The notes beneath the pieces were generated by a model. The model worked only from the letters and a program-made list of their open reading frames with translations, made no database searches and had not been told where the DNA came from. DNA of 33,022 nucleotides from Pseudomonadota bacterium (GTDB lineage Bacteria > Pseudomonadota > Alphaproteobacteria > Rhodobacterales > Rhodobacteraceae): the NCBI GenBank assembly GCA_038532975.1, contig JBCAZO010000001.1:1-33022 (forward strand), in the 5' to 3' direction. A program made the position numbers and the translations under genes. Positions within the stretch are counted from its first letter, which is position 1; every line of letters begins with the position of its first letter. Positions 1-8,404 of this stretch are shown piece after piece.

Positions 1-2
1 CG

Positions 3-584
3 AATAATATACCTGATAAAGAAGGTCTGGCCTTTGCTGAAGAAAAGTCAGGCTGGCTGCGCAAGCAACTTGATCGGCAACCGGATATAGAAGCCGTAGG
101 ATTGGGCACGGAACTGCCAGTCGAAGGTCAAACCCTGAAAATTCTCAAAGGTAGCGGCAAACGCATCACCCGAGATAACTTGGCGGTCTATGTCCCCGGA
201 CCCGTCGACACAATTGCTGCGCGTCTGCAAGGCTGGCTCAAATCGCACGCTCGCGAAAGGCTGGTTCGGGCTTCTGATCACTATGCCGCCCAGCTTGAGC
301 GTACCTACACGCGCATCACATTGCGCGACACTCGATCCCGATGGGGATCTTGTACCCATCAGGGCGGGCTTATGTATTCGTGGCGTCTGATCCTTTCCCC
401 ACCTCAAGTTTTGAACTATGTGGCCGCCCACGAAGTGGCGCATCTGGTCGAGATGAACCATTCCGCACAGTTCTGGTCCACGGTTGAAAACATCTTTCCA
501 GATTACGAAACGCCGCGAAAATGGCTACGCGAAAATGGAGCGGCCCTGCACCGGTACAGGTTTGAAACCACGTCACAGGATTGA
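3..584 (+). CDS. M48/YgjP (DUF45)-like zinc metallopeptidase family protein, 5'-truncated by the window edge
   Basis: Frame is open from position 3 to TGA at 582-584. Contains SRWGSC, LMYSWRLI and the HEXXH motif YVAAHEVAHLVEMNHS..FW typical of DUF45/YgjP. Confidence 0.88.
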   Translation, partial: NNIPDKEGLAFAEEKSGWLRKQLDRQPDIEAVGLGTELPVEGQTLKILKGSGKRITRDNLAVYVPGPVDTIAARLQGWLKSHARERLVRASDHYAAQLERTYTRITLRDTRSRWGSCTHQGGLMYSWRLILSPPQVLNYVAAHEVAHLVEMNHSAQFWSTVENIFPDYETPRKWLRENGAALHRYRFETTSQD

Positions 585-614
585 CCAAAGCGAGTTTTGT
601 GATCACAAGTGGGT

Positions 615-1286
615 ATGGTTTCGGTTCAGCGTTCAGAAGTATTTGCACCACCGGGCGCCGTCCAGTCGGGTTCAGCGCATGATCGCGTCTATCGTGGACT
701 GCGCGCGCGCATCATGCATGGCGAACTCAAACCAGCGCAGCCTTTGACACTGCGCGGCATTGGTGCCGAATACAATGTCTCGATGACTCCAGCTCGTGAA
801 GCTGTCAGGCGCCTTTCAGCCGAAGGGGCTTTGAGCGTGTCGAGCTCCGGCAGGGTCACGGCACCCGATCTGGTCAACGAGCGTATCGAAGAACTGGCCG
901 CTCTACGCGCACTGATCGAAGTCGAACTGGCCAGCCGCGCGCTGCCGCGTGCCCATATCGCCCTGATTGATCGTCTCAACAGCATCAATACCCGTGTAGC
1001 TGACATGATCTCGCAGCAAGACGCTGTTGGTTACATCCGCGCCAATCTGGAGTTTCACAGAACACTTTATTTACGCGCCCAGGCGCCTGCGATGCTGGCC
1101 ATGGCGGAAACTGTCTGGCTGCAACTTGGTCCTACAATGCGTGCACTTTATGGACGCCTACAGCACAAAGAACCCCCACGCTACCATCGCCTTATTATCG
1201 CTGCGCTCAAGGCAGGGGATGAACCGGGTCTGCGCCTCGCTGTACGCTCGGACGTCACGCAAGGGTTGAAGATGTTGCTGGGATAA
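615..1286 (+). CDS. GntR (FadR/FCD) family transcriptional regulator
   Basis: N-terminal winged HTH (VYRGLRARIMHGELKPAQPL...VSMTPAREAVRRLSAEG) and FCD-like C-terminus (NLEFHRTLY, HRLII). ATG at 615 chosen over GTG at 609; start is uncertain. Confidence 0.9.
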   Translation: MVSVQRSEVFAPPGAVQSGSAHDRVYRGLRARIMHGELKPAQPLTLRGIGAEYNVSMTPAREAVRRLSAEGALSVSSSGRVTAPDLVNERIEELAALRALIEVELASRALPRAHIALIDRLNSINTRVADMISQQDAVGYIRANLEFHRTLYLRAQAPAMLAMAETVWLQLGPTMRALYGRLQHKEPPRYHRLIIAALKAGDEPGLRLAVRSDVTQGLKMLLG

Positions 1287-1416
1287 GTTTTTCGCCCCCA
1301 TAATAACCTTTTTGCAACAGTTTCAAAGACATCCGTAGTTCTTGGCTGTCTGAAATTGCACCCCAAGAAGGAGTGGTTAATACTGAATTCTACATTAAGT
1401 AGAGAGATGCAAAAAA

Positions 1417-1914
1417 ATGATCAAGAAATTCGCGGCTTTTGGACTTGGCTTGACGGTTTTGTCCAGTTGCTCGGCACCCCAGACGTCGGCAATCACGTCC
1501 CCACCGGTCAACCCAGTTTACAATAGCGCTGGTAAGTCCCTGACGCCGAATAAGTTGATCAAAAATGAGATACGCACATTCAAAAACGGCTCGGGTGGTC
1601 GCACAGAACTCGTCGGCGTGCCCTGCAAAATTTCAACTTCATTATACACCATAGACGTTGTGACACCCGCGTTTGCCAACGTCCCGAGTTTTGCCGACAA
1701 GACACCCGACGCCACGTTCACCTGTGTCTACAATGACGAAACCAAATCCAGAGTTCAAAAACCAATCAACCTTACGGAGTTGGAAAAGACACAGGGGTCA
1801 GAGTTCTTTGGCGTTATTGGCGTTGTGGTTGCAGCAGCAGTTGCAGACGCGGCTATCAAAGACGAGGACAGCGTTTTCACGTACTCGCTTTTCGTTATGA
1901 ATTTCAGAGACTGA
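1417..1914 (+). CDS. Hypothetical lipoprotein (165 aa)
   Basis: Basic N-terminus, hydrophobic stretch and lipobox (MIKKFAAFGLGLTVLSS-C). Purine-rich region upstream. Fills the gap between gntR and accA. Confidence 0.75.
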   Translation: MIKKFAAFGLGLTVLSSCSAPQTSAITSPPVNPVYNSAGKSLTPNKLIKNEIRTFKNGSGGRTELVGVPCKISTSLYTIDVVTPAFANVPSFADKTPDATFTCVYNDETKSRVQKPINLTELEKTQGSEFFGVIGVVVAAAVADAAIKDEDSVFTYSLFVMNFRD

Positions 1915-1942
1915 TCAGTGCGGAAGGGAAATCACTCTCTTC

Positions 1943-2905
1943 TCAGGCCGCCAAGCCCTGCGACCCCATCGACAAAAACTTCTTGCGACGATCATCAACC
2001 AACGCCTCAGGGCTCTTGTCAGAAAGCTGTTTGAGCATCTGCTCAATCGCGCGCCCCACAGACTCGATAGCCGCCTGCGGATCGCGGTGCGCCCCACCCA
2101 ACGGCTCAGTGATGACCTTGTCGGCAACACCAAGCTTGGTAAGGTCCTGTGCTGTCAAGCGCAGCGCTTCTGCCGCCTCGCGCATTTTCTCGGCATCTTT
2201 CCAAAGGATGGATGCACAGCCCTCCGGGCTGATCACCGAATAAATGGAATGCTCCAGCATCGCCACGCGGTTCGCACTCGCAAAAGCCACAGCGCCGCCT
2301 GAACCACCTTCACCGATAATTACACTGATAAGCGGCACACCAATGCGCAGACACATCTCCGTCGCCCGAGCAATCGCCTCGCTCTGGCCACGCTCCTCGG
2401 CACCTTTGCCAGGATAGGCTCCGGGCGTGTCAACGAGCGTAATTACCGGCAACCCAAAACGATCCGCAAGGTCCATCAAACGAATAGCTTTGCGATATCC
2501 TTCGGGCCGCGCCATACCAAAATTGCGCTCAATCCGGCTCTTGGTGTCATTGCCTTTCTCATGGCCAATCACAACAACCGGCGTGTCATTGAACCGCGCC
2601 AGACCACCCATAACAGCCTGATCATCTGCAAAATTGCGATCTCCGGCCAATGGCGTGTATTCGGAAAAAAGTGCCTTGATATAATCCTGGCAATGAGGAC
2701 GGTCAGGGTGGCGCGCAACTTGACATTTTCGCCATGGTGTCAATGACTTGTAGAGATCGACCAACATATCAGCGGCTTTGCGGTCTAGCGCTGCAGCCTC
2801 AGCTTCGACATCCATCTCTTCGTTCGTCCGGGCCATGGCACGAAGCTCTTCGGCCTTGCCCTCGATCTCCGCCAAAGGCTTCTCGAAGTCGAGATAATTT
2901 GTCAT
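1943..2905 (-). CDS. accA: Acetyl-CoA carboxylase carboxyltransferase alpha subunit
   Basis: [11 protein letters not shown] start, [44 protein letters not shown] and [21 protein letters not shown] upstream of the ATG at 2905. Confidence 0.98.
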   Translation of the reverse strand: MTNYLDFEKPLAEIEGKAEELRAMARTNEEMDVEAEAAALDRKAADMLVDLYKSLTPWRKCQVARHPDRPHCQDYIKALFSEYTPLAGDRNFADDQAVMGGLARFNDTPVVVIGHEKGNDTKSRIERNFGMARPEGYRKAIRLMDLADRFGLPVITLVDTPGAYPGKGAEERGQSEAIARATEMCLRIGVPLISVIIGEGGSGGAVAFASANRVAMLEHSIYSVISPEGCASILWKDAEKMREAAEALRLTAQDLTKLGVADKVITEPLGGAHRDPQAAIESVGRAIEQMLKQLSDKSPEALVDDRRKKFLSMGSQGLAA

Positions 2906-2966
2906 GGCTGGTCTCCACGCCAGTCTTCGTTCTGGCAGGAGGGATATATTGAATACCAAGGACCTT

Positions 2967-3599
2967 TCAACCGGCTTTCACTCCATCCGATGAGAGAACT
3001 GCCTCAAGGGCTAGCTTTGGAGAACTCAAGACAGGCAAGTTTACATGTTCAAGCTTGTCCGCAGCTGCGGCCATGGACGCTTGTGCCAAAACAACGACTT
3101 TGATGTCATGATCCGCGTCCAAGTTGTCCTGAACGTCCTGCGCAATCGCCGCTGCAAAATCGTCCGTTTGACCGGCCTCAAAAAGGGGCCAGCGTTGCGA
3201 CAATGAAAGACAAATGATGGCTTGGTCCGACCCAACTTCATCCAGCGCCCGTTGCAAAAGGGCGCGGCTGGACTCCGACGTGCTATCGAGGCAATACACC
3301 AACAAAACACAGCCATCGACCTTTGCTGCCGCCTGCATCAAGGGCCAGTCGATGCGCAGCGCACCCGTTGCTTCGGCCATTGGCCCAATGGTCGAACACG
3401 TGCAAAGAACCGGTCCGTCAAGCTGACGCAAATAGTCCCCGATCTCTGCCTCAAGGCCATCATCCTGCCCACTGCGCGCGCGTTCTAACCAGGGCTCAAA
3501 CACATGGTGAAAAACCTCAACACCTGGCGCAATCAGGTCACGCAGGTGATCAAAGGTTGCGCAATGAACTTGGGCGGTATGAACCAGATGCACACTCAT
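2967..3599 (-). CDS. Asp/Glu/hydantoin racemase-like fold protein, function unknown
   Basis: 210-aa ORF with LVHT at the N-terminus, [23 protein letters not shown] and PVLSSP, a pattern I associate with a divergent racemase-superfamily group. Confidence 0.65.
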   Translation of the reverse strand: MSVHLVHTAQVHCATFDHLRDLIAPGVEVFHHVFEPWLERARSGQDDGLEAEIGDYLRQLDGPVLCTCSTIGPMAEATGALRIDWPLMQAAAKVDGCVLLVYCLDSTSESSRALLQRALDEVGSDQAIICLSLSQRWPLFEAGQTDDFAAAIAQDVQDNLDADHDIKVVVLAQASMAAAADKLEHVNLPVLSSPKLALEAVLSSDGVKAG

Positions 3600-3799
3600 C
3601 TTTTATCCATAGCATGCACCCCGAAATCGGACCAGAGCGGTGATCTGGTTTGTAAACTTGCCGGAAATTCCCCCATTTCCCCATGATTTGCACTCCAAGA
3701 CCCCAATTTCCCCCAGATATGGCTTGGGGAATGGGTTTTGATTGCTTAATATAGCCATTAGACCCGGATCAACGGGCATAACTTATGAGGCTTCAGGAC

Positions 3800-4465
3800 A
3801 TGAGCATTTCAATGAAATTTCCACTTGTCGTGGCGGGTCTTTCGCTAGGCGTGATGACGGCGTGCACCAGCCCGGCACATTTGAACGAAAACGATCCCAA
3901 CAAGAACACCAAATCAGGCGCACTTTTGGGCGGCATTCTTGGGGCAGGTGTTGGCGCGCTTGTCAGCGACGACAAAGGCAAAGGTGCCGTTATCGGCGGT
4001 GTTGTCGGCGCGGCAGGCGGCGTTGTGGCCGGTAGCCTTCTGGACGAGCAAGAGGCTGAGTTGCGACAGTCACTGGGCAATGAGGATGTGACAATCACCA
4101 ACACCGGCGACCGTCTGATCGTATCCCTGCCACAAGATATCCTTTTTGATGTTGATAGTGCCGTAGTTTTCCCGGCTCTTCGGACAGATTTGCTCAAAGT
4201 GGCGGAAAGCATGCAAAACTATCCTGACACAACGGTTCAGGTCGTTGGCCATACCGACAACTCCGGCGGCGCAGCGTATAACCAGGCGCTTTCGGAACGG
4301 CGCGCCAATTCGGTGGCTGATGTCCTGATGGATGGCGGCGTTGCCTTCAGTCGCATTCAGACCTTCGGACGCGGCGAAGACCAGCCAATCGCTTCCAACC
4401 TGACCGCCGAAGGCAAAGCGCAAAACCGGCGCGTCGAGATCGTGATCCTGCCAAACGCGGCCTAG
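3800..4465 (+). CDS. OmpA-family (YiaD-like) peptidoglycan-binding lipoprotein
   Basis: Lipobox (GVMTA-C), glycine zipper (GALLGGILGAGVGA...GAVIGGVVGAAGG) and OmpA C-domain (LFDVDS, VVGHTDNSG, NQALSERRA, GRGEDQP, NRRVEI). Start could be 3785, 3800 or 3812. Confidence 0.93.
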   Translation: MSISMKFPLVVAGLSLGVMTACTSPAHLNENDPNKNTKSGALLGGILGAGVGALVSDDKGKGAVIGGVVGAAGGVVAGSLLDEQEAELRQSLGNEDVTITNTGDRLIVSLPQDILFDVDSAVVFPALRTDLLKVAESMQNYPDTTVQVVGHTDNSGGAAYNQALSERRANSVADVLMDGGVAFSRIQTFGRGEDQPIASNLTAEGKAQNRRVEIVILPNAA

Positions 4466-4488
4466 TCTTATAAAGGCTTGGCGCTAAG

Positions 4489-4520
4489 AACCGGGCGTCA
4501 AACGCGCCCGGTTTTTCTTT
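4489..4520 (+). terminator. Rho-independent terminator after the ompA-family gene
   Basis: Stem AACCGGGCG (4489-4497) / CGCCCGGTT (4505-4513) running into TTTCTTT. Confidence 0.8.
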
Positions 4521-4576
4521 GCCATGGACGTTTTTGATCCCATCGGTAAGCTGATCTTCCGATATGGAGACGCCTG

Positions 4577-5380
4577 ATGCCACATCCACTCATAAGTCAG
4601 GACGATATTGATACGTTCCAACGCGATGGCGTTGTCATGGTCCCTGGCCTTTTTGCTGATTGGGTCGACACATTGCGAAATGGCATTGAACGCAACATGC
4701 AATACCCTGGCCCATACGCGTCAGAAAACCTGAAAAAGGGCGAAGGCGGGCGTTTCTTTGACGATTACTGCAACTGGCAGGACATCCCCGAATTCAAAGA
4801 GGTGATCATGAAATCACCGGTCGCCGAAGTCTCAGCGGACCTGATGAGATCCGAAACTGCCCAGGTCTTTCATGACCACGTCTTGGTTAAAGAACCGGGA
4901 ACGTCCAAATCCACGCCATGGCATCAGGATGGGCCGTATTACTTTGTGGAGGGAAGGCAAACTATTAGCTTCTGGTGCCCGGTTGATCCGGTTGAGGACG
5001 CAAGCCTGCGATGTGTGAAAGGCTCGCATCTTTGGAAAAAGCCGGTCTTACCGACACGTTGGCTCAGCGAAGAAGACTTCTATCCTGACCCCGATGAATT
5101 CATACCCGTCCCGGACCCGGATGCCGATGGCATGGATATTGCCGAGTGGAGCATGCAGCCTGGTGACGCTGTTGCCTTTAACTTTGGCGTTTTGCATGGC
5201 GCACGTGGGAACGAAACCACCCGACGCCGTCGCGCTTTCTCTCTAAGACTTGTCGGTGACGACGCGCGGTATGTTGAACGACAAGGACGCACCTCGCCTC
5301 CCTTTCCAGGTCACAACATGGCCCCTGGTGACCAGCTTCGAGAAGATTGGTTCCCGCGGGTCTGGCCTCGCAAAAGCTAA
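4577..5380 (+). CDS. PhyH-family Fe(II)/2-oxoglutarate dioxygenase
   Basis: FQRDGVV start motif, KEPG..TPWHQD (HxD), ISFWCPVD, LRCVKGSH, PGDAVAF, LHGA (distal His) and RRAFSLR. GGAG RBS. Confidence 0.9.
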   Translation: MPHPLISQDDIDTFQRDGVVMVPGLFADWVDTLRNGIERNMQYPGPYASENLKKGEGGRFFDDYCNWQDIPEFKEVIMKSPVAEVSADLMRSETAQVFHDHVLVKEPGTSKSTPWHQDGPYYFVEGRQTISFWCPVDPVEDASLRCVKGSHLWKKPVLPTRWLSEEDFYPDPDEFIPVPDPDADGMDIAEWSMQPGDAVAFNFGVLHGARGNETTRRRRAFSLRLVGDDARYVERQGRTSPPFPGHNMAPGDQLREDWFPRVWPRKS

Positions 5381-5466
5381 ACGGAGACATCCCCGATGGA
5401 TGACCACCTGCGCCTTAAACCTGATGATTGGGCAGACGGTATTGCGCTATCGGTCCTGCGCCTTGG

Positions 5467-5521
5467 CCTAAAGCGCCCGGCCATTATCTGATGCCTCAGG
5501 TTAAAGGCCGGACGCTTTAGG
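5467..5521. terminator. Long hairpin between the convergent phyH and tpa genes (probable terminator)
   Basis: 16-bp stem CCTAAAGCGCCCGGCC (5467-5482) / GGCCGGACGCTTTAGG (5506-5521). The single mismatch is a G-U pair on the minus (tpa) strand. Inner CTGA/TCAG pairing in the loop. Confidence 0.65.
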
Positions 5522-5537
5522 GTGAGTAAGGCTTTGA

Positions 5538-6920
5538 TCAACCGAAGACTTTACTCAGCGCATTGTCCACGGCCGAGACGATCTCATCAATATCATCCTT
5601 GGTCGAAATCAGCGCAGGCGAGAAACACAGCGTATTGTTGAAGCCTGGAATCGACCGGTTCGTCACCCCAATGATCACACCTTGCGCCATGCAATCGCCA
5701 ACTACAGCCTGAGCCTGCTTCTCGTCCACAGGATCACGGCTGTCACGATCTGCAACCAGTTCGGCTCCGAGGAACAGACCCTTGCCGCGCACATCGCCGA
5801 TCACGGCATGCTTATCAGCCAGCGCGCTGAGCTGATCGAACATATAATCGCCCATCTGTGTTGTGTTCTCCAGAAGGTTCTCTTCCTCGATGATCGCCAT
5901 GTTCTCAAGCGCTGCCGCGGGACCCGCAGTGCAGCCGCCAAAGGTCGAGATGTCTCGGAAGTAGTCCAGTGGGTCCTCGACATTCTCTTTAAACATCTCA
6001 AAGACGCGTTCATTGGTCACGCAGCATGCAATCGCGGCATACCCAGAAGCCACACCCTTAGCCATGGTCACGAAATCAGGCTCGATGCCATAGTGCTGAT
6101 AGCCAAACCAGGTGCCCGTGCGGCCCACGCCGCAAACTACTTCATCGATATGCAGCAGGATGTCATATTTGCGGCAGATCTCCTGCACACGTGGCCAATA
6201 CCCTTCTGGAGGTGTGATCACGCCGCCGCCTGCCGTCACTGGCTCAAGGCAAAGTGCTCCGACGGTATCAGGACCTTCTGCCAGGATGACCTCTTCAATC
6301 GCATTGGCCGCCGCAATGCCGTACTCCTCACCTGAAAGATCCCACTGAGCCCGATACTCAAGGCAATGCGGTACCCGCACAAAGCCAGGTGCAAACGGGC
6401 CATATTGAGCATTGCGCTCATCCTGACCTCCTGCCGACATCGTCGCTAGAGTCGAGCCATGATAGTCGCGATCACGATAGAGGATCTTATGCTTCTTGCC
6501 GCCATAGCGCTTGTGCGAGATCTGGCGAACCATCTTGAAGGCTTTCTCATTCGCCTCAGAGCCTGAGTTCACATAGTAAACACGGCTCATCCCTGGCATC
6601 TTCGAAATCAGTCGTTCCGAGAACTGTGCTCCTGGAATCGAACCGGCTGTGCCCGCAAAGTAATTTAGCTTGATCAACTGATCGCGCACCGCATTGGCAA
6701 TCCGCTCACGGCCATAGCCAACATTGACTGTCCAAACACCACCAGACACCGCATCAAGGTGCTCTTTGCCATGCTGGTCCCAAACCCGCATACCCTTGCC
6801 TTCCACGATGATGCGCGGAGCACCGGTTTCAAACGGTTTGTGCTGGATCAGGTGATGCCAAACATGCGCACGATCGGCATCGACGATTTTTTCAATATCA
6901 TTCAGCTGGTTGCCATCCAT
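5538..6920 (-). CDS. tpa: Taurine--pyruvate aminotransferase (class III PLP aminotransferase)
   Basis: MDGN...DRAHVWHHLIQHKPFE N-terminus like Roseobacter Tpa, SGSEANE, YHGST, HIDEVVCGVGRTG and TMAKG (PLP Lys). Divergent from tauABC. GGAG RBS before the ATG at 6920. Confidence 0.92.
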   Translation of the reverse strand: MDGNQLNDIEKIVDADRAHVWHHLIQHKPFETGAPRIIVEGKGMRVWDQHGKEHLDAVSGGVWTVNVGYGRERIANAVRDQLIKLNYFAGTAGSIPGAQFSERLISKMPGMSRVYYVNSGSEANEKAFKMVRQISHKRYGGKKHKILYRDRDYHGSTLATMSAGGQDERNAQYGPFAPGFVRVPHCLEYRAQWDLSGEEYGIAAANAIEEVILAEGPDTVGALCLEPVTAGGGVITPPEGYWPRVQEICRKYDILLHIDEVVCGVGRTGTWFGYQHYGIEPDFVTMAKGVASGYAAIACCVTNERVFEMFKENVEDPLDYFRDISTFGGCTAGPAAALENMAIIEEENLLENTTQMGDYMFDQLSALADKHAVIGDVRGKGLFLGAELVADRDSRDPVDEKQAQAVVGDCMAQGVIIGVTNRSIPGFNNTLCFSPALISTKDDIDEIVSAVDNALSKVFG

Positions 6921-7018
6921 GAGAAGCTCCATCAAGTAAAGCCCGCCAACCGGACGGGCGCAGGCGATTGCCTTTTCGAAAACTCTGCCCAGTATCAGCC
7001 TCGAATCCCACTTCTTAA

Positions 7019-7051
7019 ATAGGGCCAGTTGGAAGCTTTGATTAAAGCCAA
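7019..7051 (-). promoter_or_regulatory. Putative TauR-binding direct repeat upstream of tpa
   Basis: Minus strand reads TTGGCTTTAA-N13-CTGGCCCTAT, resembling the CTGGAC[T/C]TAA direct repeat described for Rhodobacter capsulatus TauR (recalled, not searched). Confidence 0.55.
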
Positions 7052-7214
7052 TTTAAGCGACAACCCCGTAGCTTGCCGCTGAAAAACGCATAATTTCAAA
7101 AGGTTTCGTGGAAGATTTTCGAAAATCCAGTTTCGGATGTGCGAAACGTTGGTTTGAAACTTCACAAAATCATTGAACGGAATCGTAAATTCGGATCGGA
7201 TGTCGTCTCATCTG

Positions 7215-7243
7215 TTGCTACTCCCTTTGGAGTGGCGCAAGAT
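7215..7243 (+). promoter_or_regulatory. Candidate sigma70-type promoter of tauABC
   Basis: TTGCTA (7215-7220), 17 nt, CAAGAT (7238-7243), followed by a GC-rich hairpin (7248-7276) and an AGGGAG RBS. Confidence 0.4.
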
Positions 7244-7318
7244 TGTTGCGCCTGCCTCGTGGTCATGGGCAGGCGTCAAACATAAAAATGACCGAAGAGT
7301 ATAGGGAGAAACCTAAAT

Positions 7319-8314
7319 ATGACACTCAAGTCAAAACTTATGGGTGCAGCAGCTGGTCTGGCCGTCATGGCAGGATCCCAAGCCGCTCTGGCTGATGGTC
7401 ACGAGTCCATCACCGTGGGCTATTTCCTGGAATGGCCAATGCCGTTCCAATTTGCCAAAGAGCAAGGCATGTATGACGAGGCGCTCGGCGCAACCGTCAA
7501 CTGGGTCAGCTTTGACACCGGTACTGCTATGAGCGCGGCAATGGCATCAGGCGACGTGCAAATTTCCGTCAGCCAAGGTGTGCCGCCCTTTGTGGTCGCC
7601 ACAAGCGCGGGTCAAGACCTGCAGATCATCGACGTGGCCGTTTCCTATTCGGACAACGACAACTGCGTTGTGTCCTCAGGCCTCGAAATCGACAAAGATA
7701 GTGCAGCTGAACTGGCTGGCAAAAAAGTCGCCGTTCCGCTCGGCACAGCTGCCCATTACGGCTTCCTTAAGCAGATGAGCCACTTTGGCGTTGCTCTCGA
7801 CAGCCTGAACGTTGTCGACATGGCACCTGCTGAGGGCCAAGCGGCTCTGGCTCAAGGCGCTGTTGACATGGCCTGTGGATGGGGCGGTGCTCTGCGTCGG
7901 ATGAAGGAAAGCGGCAACGTCCTTTTGACCGGTGCGGAAAAAGAAGAGCTTGGCATTCTCGTCTTTGACGTCACCTCTGCACCGACGTCTTTCGTGGCCG
8001 AGAACAGTGACATGGTTGCCAAGTTTCTTGACGTGACAGCCGAGGCCAATGCGATGTGGGCCGATGAAGCCAATCACGCCAAGATGCTGCCAGTGATTGC
8101 AAAAGACGCCGGTATGTCCGAAGAGGACACTATGGCCACCATCGGCACCTTCGTCTTCCCAACCGTTGAAGATCAGCTGTCCGAGAAATGGCTCGGCGGC
8201 GGCGCTCAGGAGTTCATGAAAGGCGTTGCCGACGTCTTCGTGGAAGCAGGCTCTATTGACGCGGCCAAAGCATCCTATGCTGACAATGTGAATACTGGGC
8301 CACTATCTCAGTAA
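7319..8314 (+). CDS. tauA: Taurine ABC transporter substrate-binding protein
   Basis: Sec signal peptide (..QAALA), VGYFLEWPMP, WVSFDTG and GKKVAVPLGTAAHY. AGGGAG RBS. First gene of an ABC operon divergent from tpa. Confidence 0.92.
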   Translation: MTLKSKLMGAAAGLAVMAGSQAALADGHESITVGYFLEWPMPFQFAKEQGMYDEALGATVNWVSFDTGTAMSAAMASGDVQISVSQGVPPFVVATSAGQDLQIIDVAVSYSDNDNCVVSSGLEIDKDSAAELAGKKVAVPLGTAAHYGFLKQMSHFGVALDSLNVVDMAPAEGQAALAQGAVDMACGWGGALRRMKESGNVLLTGAEKEELGILVFDVTSAPTSFVAENSDMVAKFLDVTAEANAMWADEANHAKMLPVIAKDAGMSEEDTMATIGTFVFPTVEDQLSEKWLGGGAQEFMKGVADVFVEAGSIDAAKASYADNVNTGPLSQ

Positions 8315-8327
8315 AACACCTAATCGC

Positions 8328-8360
8328 AAAGACGGGCGCCCTGGGCGCCCGTCTTTCTTT
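8328..8360 (+). terminator. Intercistronic hairpin after tauA (partial terminator or mRNA stabiliser)
   Basis: Perfect inverted repeat AAAGACGGGCGCCC-T-GGGCGCCCGTCTTT (8328-8356) followed by CTTT. Confidence 0.75.
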
Positions 8361-8404
8361 AGAGCGCCTAAGGCGCCAAACGACCTGCCAAAAAGGGGAC
8401 ACTT

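Noticed and set aside
1313-1369. Imperfect inverted repeats (TGCAA..TTTCA..GACA / TGTC.TGAAA.TTGCA; TTCTTGG / CCAAGAA) between gntR and the lipoprotein gene
   Set aside because: Short, bulged arms in AT-rich DNA with no U-tract; compatible with chance or a weak terminator.
1377-1398. Two TTAA half-sites suggesting a CtrA box
   Set aside because: Spacing is 14 nt, not the 7 nt of TTAA-N7-TTAA.
7233-7249. TGGCGC...TTGC as a sigma54 promoter for tauA
   Set aside because: GG-to-GC spacing is 12 nt rather than the strict 10 nt.
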